Part shown: in pieces, positions 10,001 to 22,062 of the stretch
How positions within the stretch are numbered: position 1 is the first letter of the stretch
Layout of the letters: every line of letters begins with the position of its first letter
NCBI GenBank assembly: GCA_963741905.1
Contig: CAVUJZ010000012.1
Coordinates: 80,758 to 144,757 of the forward strand
DNA length: 64,000 nucleotides
Source of the DNA: an uncultured Acidobacteriota bacterium
GTDB taxonomy: Bacteria > Acidobacteriota > Thermoanaerobaculia > Gp7-AA8 > CAVUJZ01
Reading direction: 5' to 3'
Position numbers and translations under genes: made by a program
Notes under the pieces: generated by a model
Database searches by the model: none
Seen by the model: only the letters and a program-made list of their open reading frames with translations
What the model was told of the DNA's origin: nothing

Positions 10001-11085
10001 TCGAGGAATCGATCGAACAACGCTCCCTCGACGAAGCCGACGGACCAGGCACGCCGCTGGTCCGGCTGCAGTCGCTCCAGTTGCTGATCGAGGAGCCGTT
10101 GCGCCTCGAGGGAGGGCGAGAGGACGAACTGCCGGGACGGAATCACTCGCTGTACGTTCCGTCCGGTGAACCACTCCGCGGCGCTCTCCGGCGCGACCCA
10201 GCTGCTCTCGGAGGGAGTGGAGGCAAGCATTCGGATCACGGTTCGCGAACGGTCATCGAACATCTCCGGTGAGACGATCAACAGAAGGCAACGCCGGCGC
10301 TCCAGGGCACGCAGAATCCGCTCGACCCTCTCGGGCTCCTCGCCGTCCCCCGGCTCTCCCAGGTGTGCCTCGAGCGAGGCGATGGCCGAATACGGTCGGA
10401 GAGGGGAAACTCCCTCGCCCCCCACAATGACGGTCTCCAGTCCGTCACTGGCGGCAGCGAACCTGCGGCAGACATCGATCATCATCGCCTCGTCCGAGAG
10501 CAGAACAGTCGGTTCCTCGACCGCGGCAGAGAGCTGATCAGGGCCGGGACTGCAGGCGACTCCGACGGCCGCGCGTCGCAGCCATGACACGTCGGCGGCC
10601 ACGTTGTCCCGGAGGCGCCGCAGAACCTCCTGGTAGACCGCCTCCGGCTTTCCCCACGAGTCCCCCAGAGAACGCAGATCCGAAACGCCCAGCCGCTCCG
10701 CCATCTCCTCCAGAAGGGTCAGTCGAGGAATGTCTCCCGTCGAGAACGGCTGGTTTCCGGAGAGCCGGATCAGGCGGCAGTCGGACCCGCGGCGGGTGAT
10801 CACCGACCATTGTTGTGGATCGAACCGGCAGTCCTCGATTCCGGCAAAGCGGAGGAAGGCGAGATGGGCGGCATACTGCCCGAGAATCGAAAGCGCATCA
10901 CGGCCCCCCCAGCGGCGCTCCTCCAGACCGGCCGCACGAATCTCGATCTCTTCGTCGAACCGGTCGTACCACGGAAAGGATGGATGAACCGAGGTCGCCA
11001 GTGTGGCGGGATCCCATCCGAACCCGGCGAGAGAAACGCGTTGCGGGGCGCGATCCGGCCGCGCCGAAGAGCGTCTCATCGGCAT
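7042..11085 (-). CDS. Sigma-54-dependent transcriptional activator with a very large (~1000 aa) N-terminal region
   Basis: C-terminal third has GESGTGKELVARAIH (Walker A), ESELFGHVRGAFTGA (GAFTGA loop), DVRIVAATN and a Fis-type HTH (NQNRAAKILGISRQSLAYQIRELGI). The N-terminus is helical/TPR-like. No frameshift across 4 kb. Confidence 0.85.
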   Translation of the reverse strand: MPMRRSSARPDRAPQRVSLAGFGWDPATLATSVHPSFPWYDRFDEEIEIRAAGLEERRWGGRDALSILGQYAAHLAFLRFAGIEDCRFDPQQWSVITRRGSDCRLIRLSGNQPFSTGDIPRLTLLEEMAERLGVSDLRSLGDSWGKPEAVYQEVLRRLRDNVAADVSWLRRAAVGVACSPGPDQLSAAVEEPTVLLSDEAMMIDVCRRFAAASDGLETVIVGGEGVSPLRPYSAIASLEAHLGEPGDGEEPERVERILRALERRRCLLLIVSPEMFDDRSRTVIRMLASTPSESSWVAPESAAEWFTGRNVQRVIPSRQFVLSPSLEAQRLLDQQLERLQPDQRRAWSVGFVEGALFDRFLDECEIPDPRMRGSLEGLKEPGRSYLAALALIGRRVDRSLATTLLGELGARIDPEELAFEPAVSLDDSCFQFESEEIRQQLVSDLPEGSRTALLHLAAQLVERSGDLLRASVLAWQSGDAARARSLLERSLEEITGWSFEELNLPRELILTCPRVAALWCEDQIARGRYRDAREVVDHLDAADRPLVVAKIERRLGNYASALEALASVENRSFEGLVLAAELHRLRGDTRSAEEALNRADELAAPADRPAFRFERAMLALDMNRPPDRDWLASSPGGYQAARVRSYVALDEGAYDKAIGEARRAVESSPGLADRIDAELDLVYALFLAGRWDEARQNARRGLSLVEETQGDRAGGGFLFTLAYLCADEGLWGEAEGEIERLARFYRSHGDERRLAEVDLLSAHLALGHLEFDEARRRAARLSASGVSGDIAHAAHLILDECDWIDGRLSVLRTSPEIPCVELRRRHLVHQARLTGQVDDRLDGFSRSLAEWEASRLGGSEDPPPEPGGGAEKARLLRSILALLRRGYGHGLEGRRDGLAAALELTVPGGEAVVDGIELRLLRRLAVADYPPAPDALDHGAWRLVSRNRLGSWEQVGPLAPLEKEDLEPLVIELPADWVSAGERRWFYLEGLSEMSVESRAALGSLIRLRAEHHNYRRLIEQEQSTVADRPAGQIAGIVGESKAIRQILDRIARVAVRDIPVCIEGESGTGKELVARAIHQGSRRKSRSFTAVNCAALPETLIESELFGHVRGAFTGADRDRIGLIESSDGGTLFLDEIGEMPLASQAKLLRFLQEGELRRVGETSNRSADVRIVAATNRRLEKAVDEGLFREDLYYRIKVVDLAVPPLRERGGDILILARHFLLHEQEIHRSGPDRFSPEVEATFLSHRWPGNVRELQNVVRAAHAIAGEARRIDLEHLPERLRGVSLTARRAGTYYDEVTRFRRTLVERSLSEAAGNQNRAAKILGISRQSLAYQIRELGILVEKK

Positions 11086-11297
11086 CTTATGAATCTCCTG
11101 TCGCTGATCGAGGACTCGATTGTAGCATCCGGTGGTGCGACCAGCGGTGACGGCTGCATCAGCGTCCGGCAGCGCATTGACACCGGCCGCGGCTTCCGCG
11201 ATGCTGGAATTCGCGCCGCCCCCTCGAAGCTTTCGGCGAGCTGAGTCGTCTGAACTGTCGACGCCGGCGCCCTGGCCGATGAGTCATTTCCGGAGGA

Positions 11298-12677
11298 TTG
11301 ATGAGATCGAAACCGTGGATCGCAATCGTGGCTGTTCTGCTGTTCGCAGCAGTCGGAACGGCCCAGGAACAGCCCGCGACCGACCCCTGCGAAGTGTTCT
11401 GTATTCGCGCCGCCGACCTTCGCCCCCTGAAGGGTTTTGAAAAGCACATCGTCGCCGGCAGCGACCGCGTCGTCTACACCTCGCCCCAGGCGGACTTCGG
11501 ACCGGAAGTGGCCCGCTCCGCCGAGTTCGCGAAGGCGCCGAATGGCAAGGCCGGCGTCCTGGTCCACCTGACCAGCCAGGGCCGGAGCGATCTCGAAAAG
11601 TACACCCGGAGCAAGGTCCGGCACACCATCGCCATCTTCGTCGGCGGGAAGCTGGTGGTTGCACCACGGGTCACCGCACCCTTCACCGATCAGGATGTGG
11701 TGATTGCCGGCGATCTGACCCAGACCGAGGCAATCGAGCTGGCGACGAAACTCAACGCCGCGCTGCAGAGCGCCCACGAACCCTCCGCCCGGCGCGCCCG
11801 TCCCGACTCCCGCGCTTCCGGGTTCGATTTCTACAGCGGCATGTGGATCAACCTCCACCATCAGCTTCTCGCCGGCATCGACCCGACCTCCGGCGATCCA
11901 TCCGACGATCTGATCGATTCGGAGAAAACCGCGTGGAACGAGTCGCTGAACTTCTATCGGGAACGCTTCCGAGGAAAATCAGCGGCCGTCGATCCGGAAT
12001 TGATCCGGATCGATGACGCACTCTCCCGGTTGAGCGACGACTCGTATCCATCCGAGATCGATCCCGCCGTGGCCGAGGCTCTCGACCGCGCGGCCGTGGT
12101 CTACCGCCGCTGCTGCTGGAGCCAGGACAACCGCACGAACCGCTTCTGGATCAGCGTCGCCGGCGGAATGCTCCGTCGCCTGGGCGATGATCTCGCCGCC
12201 GAGAACGCCCGCGCCCTCGGAACCGAGTGGCCCCGGAACTTCCGCGTCGACCTGATTGCCACCGCTCATACCCCGGCGGCCTGGGCCACCGGCTCAGGCG
12301 AGTCCACGCACCTGATGCTGTCGAGCGTGGAATCCGGAAATCAGGGCTTCAACACCCTCGAGTCGCTCTTCCGGGAGGCGGCAGGGGCGGTCGTCGAGCC
12401 GCTCCGCAGGGAGATCGCCGCCCGCGCGGAGCGTCTCCACGTCTCCCCGCCCCCGGATCTCGCAGATGCGATCGTCACCTACACCGCCGGAGTCTTCACC
12501 CGTCAGTCGCTCGAATCCCGCGGCGTGACCGGATGGATCTCCGAGGCGCAGAACGACCCCGCCGTGATGCGCTGGCGCGACGCCCTCGATGCTCACTGGG
12601 CGCCCCATCTTCGTGGCGACGAGCCACTCGGTGATGCGATCAACGGGATACTGTCCGGGACGAAGGAGACGCAGTGA
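11298..12677 (+). CDS. Secreted hypothetical protein with an N-terminal SecD-P1-head-like module
   Basis: Signal peptide MMRSKPWIAIVAVLLFAAVGTAQ. Segment GVLVHLTSQGRSDLEKYTRSKVRHTIAIFVGGKLVVAPRVTAPFTDQDVVIAGDLTQTEAIELATKLN resembles the SecD/SecF periplasmic head pattern. Confidence 0.6.
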   Translation: MMRSKPWIAIVAVLLFAAVGTAQEQPATDPCEVFCIRAADLRPLKGFEKHIVAGSDRVVYTSPQADFGPEVARSAEFAKAPNGKAGVLVHLTSQGRSDLEKYTRSKVRHTIAIFVGGKLVVAPRVTAPFTDQDVVIAGDLTQTEAIELATKLNAALQSAHEPSARRARPDSRASGFDFYSGMWINLHHQLLAGIDPTSGDPSDDLIDSEKTAWNESLNFYRERFRGKSAAVDPELIRIDDALSRLSDDSYPSEIDPAVAEALDRAAVVYRRCCWSQDNRTNRFWISVAGGMLRRLGDDLAAENARALGTEWPRNFRVDLIATAHTPAAWATGSGESTHLMLSSVESGNQGFNTLESLFREAAGAVVEPLRREIAARAERLHVSPPPDLADAIVTYTAGVFTRQSLESRGVTGWISEAQNDPAVMRWRDALDAHWAPHLRGDEPLGDAINGILSGTKETQ

Positions 12678-13186
12678 AGAGAGGAATTCCGGCGCTGACG
12701 GCAATCGCGATCACGATCCTGCTGGCCGTTTCAGCTTTCGCCGGGGAGCCCGTGGATCCCTGCCGGCAGTTCTGTATCCGAGACGCGAACAATCACCCGA
12801 TGCTCGGATACACCCTGGAAACGATCGCCGGCCGGCGCACCCAGATCTTCGTCGCCCCCCGCGTGGCCTTCGGACCGGAGATCGGCAGAAAAGCCGAGGT
12901 CACCACCGGGGCAGACGGCAAGCCGGCGATCCTGATTCATCTCACCCGGGAAGGGGCCACCGGGCTGGAGAACTACACCCGGCGACGGGTGGGACACAAA
13001 CTCGCCATCTTTCTCGGTGGTGAGCTGGTCATCGTTCCGGTCGTCCGCGCACCGTTCACCGAACCCGACATCGTCATCGGCGGGACGTTCACCGCCGAGA
13101 AGGCTGCTTCGCTCGCCCACGATTTGAACGACATCTTCGAGGCAAACTCGAAGACTGACGGGGCTGACGAGGCAAGCCACCGCTGA
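12674..13186 (+). CDS. Secreted paralogue consisting only of the SecD-P1-head-like module
   Basis: GTG start overlaps the upstream stop (GTGA). Shares DPC..FCIR and ILIHLTREGATGLENYTRRRVGHKLAIFLGGELVIVPVVRAPFTEPDIVIGGTF with the N-terminus of 11298..12677. Confidence 0.6.
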   Translation: MKRGIPALTAIAITILLAVSAFAGEPVDPCRQFCIRDANNHPMLGYTLETIAGRRTQIFVAPRVAFGPEIGRKAEVTTGADGKPAILIHLTREGATGLENYTRRRVGHKLAIFLGGELVIVPVVRAPFTEPDIVIGGTFTAEKAASLAHDLNDIFEANSKTDGADEASHR

Positions 13187-13201
13187 GCTGGAGGGCCGAA
13201 C

Positions 13202-13417
13202 ATGAAAGTGTTGTTTGCCGTCGGACTGATCGTGCTCATCATCGGAGTCGGACTGCTCTTCGTCCCGATCCCGCACAAGCAGACCCACGGGTTTCAGGCT
13301 GGAAAGGTGAAGGTTGGATTCCAGACCGAGACCTCCGAGAAGGTGTCGCCGATCGTGAGTGCCACCCTGATCCTGGCCGGAGCCGCGATGATGGTTGCCG
13401 GAAGACGCCGGCGCTGA
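13202..13417 (+). CDS. Small two-TM membrane protein
   Basis: 71 aa with two hydrophobic helices flanking a polar loop. C-terminal RRRR. Confidence 0.4.
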   Translation: MKVLFAVGLIVLIIGVGLLFVPIPHKQTHGFQAGKVKVGFQTETSEKVSPIVSATLILAGAAMMVAGRRRR

Positions 13418-13424
13418 TTCCGCG

Positions 13425-13922
13425 ATGAGCCCGGTCCGATCGATCCGCGGCCTTCCATGGAAGAAGCGGATCCGGTTCCGCCTGATCAACTGGTGGCCAC
13501 CCTTCCGGGGAGCCGGGATCCGGGTCACCCGCATTGCTCCGGATCTCTCTTCTTTCGACGTGGAGATGACCCTCCACTGGTGGAATCGCAACTACGTCGG
13601 AACCCACTTCGGAGGATCGCTCTACTCGATGTGCGATCCGTTCTTCATGCTGATTCTGATCGAGCGGCTTGGTCGGAACTACATCGTCTGGGACAAGGCA
13701 GCGAGCATCCGATACCTTCGCCCCGCACGCGGCCGGGTGCGGGCACACTTCGCGATTCCGGACAGCGAGGTGGAGAGGATCCGGGCCGCGGCCGACCGCG
13801 AGGGAAAGATCGAACCGGAGATGAGCGTGGCGATCATCGACGAGGAAGGACAGCGGGTGGCCGAGGTGACCCGCATCCTCTGGGTGAAACGGAAACCGGA
13901 CGCCACGGCTGGTTCGCGCTGA
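13425..13922 (+). CDS. DUF4442/YiiD-C-like hot-dog-fold (thioesterase-like) protein
   Basis: NWWPPFRGAGIRV, NYVGTHFGGSLYSMCDPFFMLILIERLGRNYIVWDKAASIRYLRPARG. Confidence 0.65.
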   Translation: MSPVRSIRGLPWKKRIRFRLINWWPPFRGAGIRVTRIAPDLSSFDVEMTLHWWNRNYVGTHFGGSLYSMCDPFFMLILIERLGRNYIVWDKAASIRYLRPARGRVRAHFAIPDSEVERIRAAADREGKIEPEMSVAIIDEEGQRVAEVTRILWVKRKPDATAGSR

Positions 13923-13971
13923 GCCCTCACCCGACCGAAACTTCCGGGCGATTCCGCCGTATCAGAAACAG

Positions 13972-14241
13972 ATGGCAAAGGAAGAAACGATGGCTCGCGA
14001 TGAAACTCCGCGTGATCGCTCGCGCGTCTGTGCGTGGTTCGGCGAAGAGGCACGAAATCCGGTTCTACGGAAACTTCTCATCGGGCACGGACTGATCTGG
14101 GCGGCGTTGATGCTCGGTACCAGCATGATTGTCTCGAGCCGCGACATGGGTGGTCATTTCGACCAGCTCCTGGTTCTCGTCTACATCCCTTGCTGGTGGG
14201 CCTCGGAGCAGCTTCTCCGCCGTGCGGCTCGGCGGGATTGA
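13972..14241 (+). CDS. Small membrane protein (hypothetical)
   Basis: 89-aa ORF with two hydrophobic segments. No homology recognised. Confidence 0.35.
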   Translation: MAKEETMARDETPRDRSRVCAWFGEEARNPVLRKLLIGHGLIWAALMLGTSMIVSSRDMGGHFDQLLVLVYIPCWWASEQLLRRAARRD

Positions 14242-14290
14242 TCACCGCCTGAACCCTGACCAAATTTCCCATTTTGCTGCACACCCTCTT

Positions 14291-15295
14291 GTGGCCGGAC
14301 TTTGTCTCGGATGCGCCGGGTGAAGGTTGGGGTTGACCGACGAGGGCGAAGCGCGTCCGGGGCAAGTTCGGCAGCGTGGAGGAGAGCTCGGGCCCTGCGA
14401 GTTTTCATCATCCGGGAGCCGAACTTGTCTGCTCCGGCGGGTGCCGGCGTCGTGGGGGTGGGCGGTCGGGGCGTGCCGAAGCAGACAAAGTCCGCCCACT
14501 TGGGGAAAGGCAAAGTGGGCGGACTTTGTCTCGGATGCGCCGGGTGAAGGTTGAGGACGGGCGACGAGGGTCAAGCGCATCCGGGACAAGTTCGGCAGCG
14601 TGGAGGAGAGCTCGGGCCCTGCGAGTTTTCATCATCCGGGAGCCGAACTTGTCTCTGCTCCGGCGGGTGCCGGCGTCGTGGGGGTGGACGGTCGGGGCGT
14701 GCCGAAGCAGACAAAGTCCGCCCACTGGGGAAAGGGGGTTGACCGACGAGGGTGAAGCGCATCCGGGACAAGTTCGGCAGCGTGGAGGAGAGCTCGGGCC
14801 CTGCCAGTTTTCATCATCCGGGAGCCGAACTTGTCTGCTCCGGCGCGTACCGGCGTCGTGGGGTGGGCGGTCGGGGCGTGCCGAAGCAGACAAAGTCCGC
14901 CCACTTGGGGTTGACCGACGAGGGTGAAGCGCATCCGGGACAAGTTCGGCAGCGGGGAGGAGAGCTCGGGCCCTGCCAGTTTTCATCATCCGGGAGCCGA
15001 ACTTGTCTGCTCCGGCGGGTGCCGGCGTCGTGGGGTGGACGGTCGGGGCGTGCCGAAGCAGACAAAGTCCGCCCACTTGGGGTTGACCGACGAGGGGAAG
15101 CGCATCCGGGACAAGTTCGGCAGCGTGGAGGAGAGCTCGGGCCCTGCCAGTTTTCATCATCCGGGAGCCGAACTTGTCTGCTCCGGCGGGTGCCGGCGTC
15201 GTGGGCGTGGACGGTCGGGGCGTGCCGAAGCAGACAAAGTCCGCCCACTTGGGGTTGACCGACGAGGGGAAGCGCGTCCGGGACAAGTTCGGCAT
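14291..15295. repeat. Tandem array of a 172-nt unit (~5.3 copies) with internal inverted repeats
   Basis: Unit starts at 14331, 14545 (192-nt variant), 14737, 14909 and 15081, with a partial copy at 15253. The last full units differ at only 3-5 positions. Each has GACAAGTTCGGC/GCCGAACTTGTC around a 45-nt loop. Confidence 0.9.
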
Positions 15296-15420
15296 CCCCG
15301 AAGGAATTTCGGGCGGCCCGGGATCTGCTGGTTGAAGAAGGACAGGCTCCGGGCGCAGCGTCGCCCGTTTCGCCGCTGCGCGTCTGACGCCTCATAATGG
15401 CTGCAGAAGGATGAGGATGA

Positions 15421-17271
15421 ATGATGACGAATGAATCGGAGCAGTCCGCGTTCGGCGCTCTGGGCCTGCGGTCCGAGATCGCCGACACTGTCGCTGATCT
15501 CGGCTACGAGGTACCCACACCGATCCAGGAACAGACCATTCCCCTGCTTCTGGCCGGCAGGGATGTGATGGGTCAGGCACAGACCGGCACCGGAAAGACC
15601 GCCGCGTTCGCGCTCCCCATTCTCCAGGGGATCGATCCAAAGAGCCGGTCGACCCAGGCGCTGATCCTCACTCCGACGCGTGAGCTTGCGATGCAGGTCG
15701 CCGAGGCCATCCACTCCTACTCCCGCAGACTGGGACCGGTGAGCGTGCAGCCGATCTACGGGGGGGCGCCGATCGGGCTGCAGCTCCGGCATCTTCAGCG
15801 TGGAGTTCAGATCGTGGTCGGCACGCCCGGACGCCTCCTCGACCATCTCGATCGCGGCTCGCTCGACCTCGGTGGCATCCGCGTGCTGGTGATCGACGAG
15901 GCGGACGAGATGTTGCGGATGGGCTTCATCGAAGATGTCGAGCGGATTCTCGCAGCCACCCCGAAACAGCGTCAGGTCGCCCTCTTCTCCGCGACCATGC
16001 CCCCGGAAGTGACCCGGATCGCGAAGGTGCATCTTCGCGATCCCGAGCGGGTCGAGATCCGGCACGGAGCGGGGACCACACCGGCGATCGAGCAGCGGGT
16101 GCTGAACATTTCCGAAAACCAGAAGCTGGAGGTCCTGACCCAGATCCTGGAGCTCGAGCCGAGCGAAGCCGTTCTGATCTTCAGGCGGACCAGGGTCGGC
16201 GCCGCGGAGCTCGCCGACAAGCTCGAGGCCCGCGGCTTCGCCGCCGTCGCGCTGCACGGCGACATGAACCAGTCGATGCGCGAAGGGGTGGTCCGGAAGC
16301 TCCGCAGCGGCCAGGTCGAGATCGTGGTCGCGACGGATGTCGCCGCCCGCGGACTCGACGTCGAGCAGATCGCACACGTCATCAACTACGACATCCCCAA
16401 TGATGTGGAGGCCTACGTCCACCGGATTGGCCGGACCGGCCGAGCCGGGCGGAGCGGAGTCGCCACCCTCTTCGTCACTCACCGCGAACGCCGGATGTTG
16501 CGGGAGATCGAACGCTTCACCGGCACCTCGATCGCGACCATGAAGATGCCGACCCAGGCGGACGTCGCGGCGCGGCGCGTTGATCTGCTGAAGGAGAGCA
16601 TCCGGGAGGAGGTCCTTCGCGGAGATCTCGATCTCTATCACCAGCTCGTCGAACAACTGGTCAACGAAGGCGCTCACGACATCGCGGAAATTGCCGCCGC
16701 GGCGGTCCGGCTCGCCAGCGCCGGAAGGGCTCCGGCCATCACCGGCGAGGCGGCCTCTCCGGGCGAGGGAGCGACGGCACGAAAGGCATCCGCCTCCACC
16801 CGACAGGCGACGGCGCGGGCGAAAGATCCGGAGGAACCGAAAGTCCAGCTGATGCTGAGTATCGGACGCGATGCCGGAATCCGGCCCGCAGACGTGGTCG
16901 GATCGATTGCGAACGAGGCGGATATCCCCGGGAGCGTGATCGGCCCGATCGACATCCGCGACGAAATCACCCTGGTCGGTCTTCCGGAACGTTACGCGAA
17001 ACACGTGATCAGTGCGCTGCAGGGTGTGCGCTTTCGCGGCAACCGGGTCGAGATCCGGATTGCAACCGACGCCGACCGGAACAAGCCTGCCCGGCCGACC
17101 GCGGCCGGCCGCCGCGCCGCCTCCGCGGATCGCGGGAAGAAGCGCTCCGACGGGCCGGGTACCCGCGGTCCGGGGAATCGCACCGATCGAAAGAGTGGAC
17201 CGAAACGAGGCGGAGGTTCCAAACCGCACAAGCCCGCGGGAGGCCCGAAGGGTCCGAAGAAGAAGCGATGA
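15421..17271 (+). CDS. deaD: DEAD-box ATP-dependent RNA helicase with DbpA-type C-terminal RNA-binding domain and basic tail
   Basis: Motifs: PTPIQ (Q motif), AQTGTGKT, DEAD (VIDEADEM), SAT, HRIGRTGRAG. Gly/Arg/Lys-rich C-terminal tail. Confidence 0.9.
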   Translation: MMTNESEQSAFGALGLRSEIADTVADLGYEVPTPIQEQTIPLLLAGRDVMGQAQTGTGKTAAFALPILQGIDPKSRSTQALILTPTRELAMQVAEAIHSYSRRLGPVSVQPIYGGAPIGLQLRHLQRGVQIVVGTPGRLLDHLDRGSLDLGGIRVLVIDEADEMLRMGFIEDVERILAATPKQRQVALFSATMPPEVTRIAKVHLRDPERVEIRHGAGTTPAIEQRVLNISENQKLEVLTQILELEPSEAVLIFRRTRVGAAELADKLEARGFAAVALHGDMNQSMREGVVRKLRSGQVEIVVATDVAARGLDVEQIAHVINYDIPNDVEAYVHRIGRTGRAGRSGVATLFVTHRERRMLREIERFTGTSIATMKMPTQADVAARRVDLLKESIREEVLRGDLDLYHQLVEQLVNEGAHDIAEIAAAAVRLASAGRAPAITGEAASPGEGATARKASASTRQATARAKDPEEPKVQLMLSIGRDAGIRPADVVGSIANEADIPGSVIGPIDIRDEITLVGLPERYAKHVISALQGVRFRGNRVEIRIATDADRNKPARPTAAGRRAASADRGKKRSDGPGTRGPGNRTDRKSGPKRGGGSKPHKPAGGPKGPKKKR

Positions 17272-17310
17272 CGCAGGGCAGCGTCTCCCTACCCGGAGAC
17301 CTCGTGTTCT

Positions 17311-17709
17311 TCACCTCGAGAAGGGATGCATCGTCAGGTGGAGCGCCCGGCCCGCGAGAAGATCCACTCCACCCCCGCGGAGCTTTCGGGCACTCGATCC
17401 CATCAGCAGAAACCGCCGCGGCGGACCCGATTCCATCAGATCGTGCACCACATTCAGAAGCTCCGGAACCCGCTGCACCTCGTCGATGATCACGTCGACC
17501 GACGACGAGCCCGCGACCTGATGCCGCAATCGCTCCGGCCTCGCACTCAGCTCGCGGTACGCCTCCGGACGCAGCAGGTTGATTATCAGTGCGTCCGGAA
17601 GCGCGTGCCGGAGCCAGGTTGATTTCCCGGTTCCGCGCGGGCCGAGAATGAAGGCACTGGACCGGGAAGTATCAAAAAACCGACCTACGAATTCCATTTT
17701 GGGTCTCAA
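17311..17709 (-). pseudogene. Truncated AAA ATPase (N-terminal third of a DUF4143-type ATPase)
   Basis: GPRGTGKST Walker A and VIIDEVQRVPELL Walker B. Only 132 aa, whereas I recall this family as ~380-400 aa. Confidence 0.55.
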
Positions 17710-17764
17710 AACGGAATTAGCGATTCCGTAATCTCCGAAGTCGCCGCGAAAACATCCGGCTTTC

Positions 17765-18656
17765 TTACTCCCGATGATCCGCTTCCAGAACGAGCAGCTC
17801 CGCGCGGGCCGCGGCGTTCCGGTAGCTCGGCTCCAATAGCTCGATCAGCGGTCTCTCCCCACGCCAGAAGGGAAACGGCCCGAGGCGCCGGAGCAGCGGA
17901 GCGGCTTCGCTCGAGGCCTCCACCGTGCCGAACAGATCGATTGCCGGCCGCGATGCATTCCAGAACTCCGGCGATGCCTCGTCTCCGGCCCGCAGCCGCG
18001 CTGCTCCGGATTCTTCGTCCTCCAACGCTTCCTTCTCCACTCGAGGTTTCGCTCGAGGTTTCGGCGCGGCGATCATCGAGCTGAGATCCTCGCGGTCCAG
18101 GCCGCGCAGCCGGAAGATCAGGAAGGGATCACGATCGAACTCCTCACCGAGCAGGTAGTACACCGCGGCGATGTGCTTGCACGGGTTCGACCAGTCGGGA
18201 CAGGAACACTCGGTGCGGATCTCGCGCATCCGAGTGGGAAAGAGCGGGATCTTCGCCCGCTCGAACAGCATCTCCACATCCTCCGGCATTTCTCCCGCCA
18301 GAAGCTTCGCCAGATGAATCGGACTGGAGGAGAATTCAACGGCGAGACGCTTCCATGCAGGCCGGGTCAGAGGAGCGATTGCAATCGAGACGCGGTAAGG
18401 CTTCGGCCGTGAGCCCTGGACCGTCGCCTCGACCTTTCCGGGCTCGATCTCGATCGAGACGACCTGCCCACGGCGGGCATAGCTCTTCCCCCGTCCGAGC
18501 CGGGCCCCGAGGTTGAAACCTTCGAGCACCGAGATCCAGCGCCGGGCCCACCAGCTCTCACCGAACCGGCCCCGCTTCGAACTGGCGCGGATACCGCCTT
18601 TCACGTCACGCGGAGTCGATTTCGGATATCTCTCCCATTCGTACCAGGGCATCACT

Positions 18657-18676
<20 letters not shown>
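17765..18676 (-). CDS. SWIM zinc-finger protein
   Basis: CSCPDWSNPCKHIAAVYYLL (CxC...CxH SWIM signature). Overlaps the 3' end of the upstream SNF2 gene by 20 nt. Confidence 0.8.
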
Positions 18677-21784
<3,108 letters not shown>

Positions 21785-22062
21785 TCCAGATCCGGGGACA
21801 TTCTAGCCCGGATTTCTCAAACTTGAGGACCCGCGAAACGGGAAATCGGAACGCCGGCTTCCAGCCGGCTTGCCGGAGCGTGCATGGCAATGTGACCGGT
21901 GGGTCCCGGGACGTCCGGCGGCCCGGGCGTCAACGCCATTGGGGTAGCTCAGACGTAGGCATCGCGGTGACGTTGTTGAGGAGCCGAAGCTGCGCGCAAC
22001 GCAGCAGACAGCCCGCGATCTGCATCCGCAGCAGAGACGGTGTGATCCGGGCTTCGGTCCGA

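Noticed and set aside
11086-11297. Sigma-54 (-24/-12) promoter between the activator and the secreted-protein genes
   Set aside because: The best candidates (CGGCAGCGCATTGAC, TGGCCGATGAGTCAT) have wrong spacing or lack the GC of the -12 element.
14291-15295. Possible CRISPR array (regular ~172-nt periodicity)
   Set aside because: The whole unit repeats. There are no unique spacers between short repeats, the period is far longer than repeat plus spacer, and no cas genes are present.
14408-15295. 295-aa minus-strand ORF and 157-183-aa plus-strand ORFs within the 172-nt array
   Set aside because: The period is not divisible by 3, so each unit is read in a different frame. The ORFs exist only because the unit lacks stop codons.
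21940-22010. tRNA-like start GGGGTAGCTCAG
   Set aside because: No D-arm closure (GAGC), anticodon stem, T-arm (GTTC.A) or matching 3' acceptor strand follows, so it is not a tRNA.
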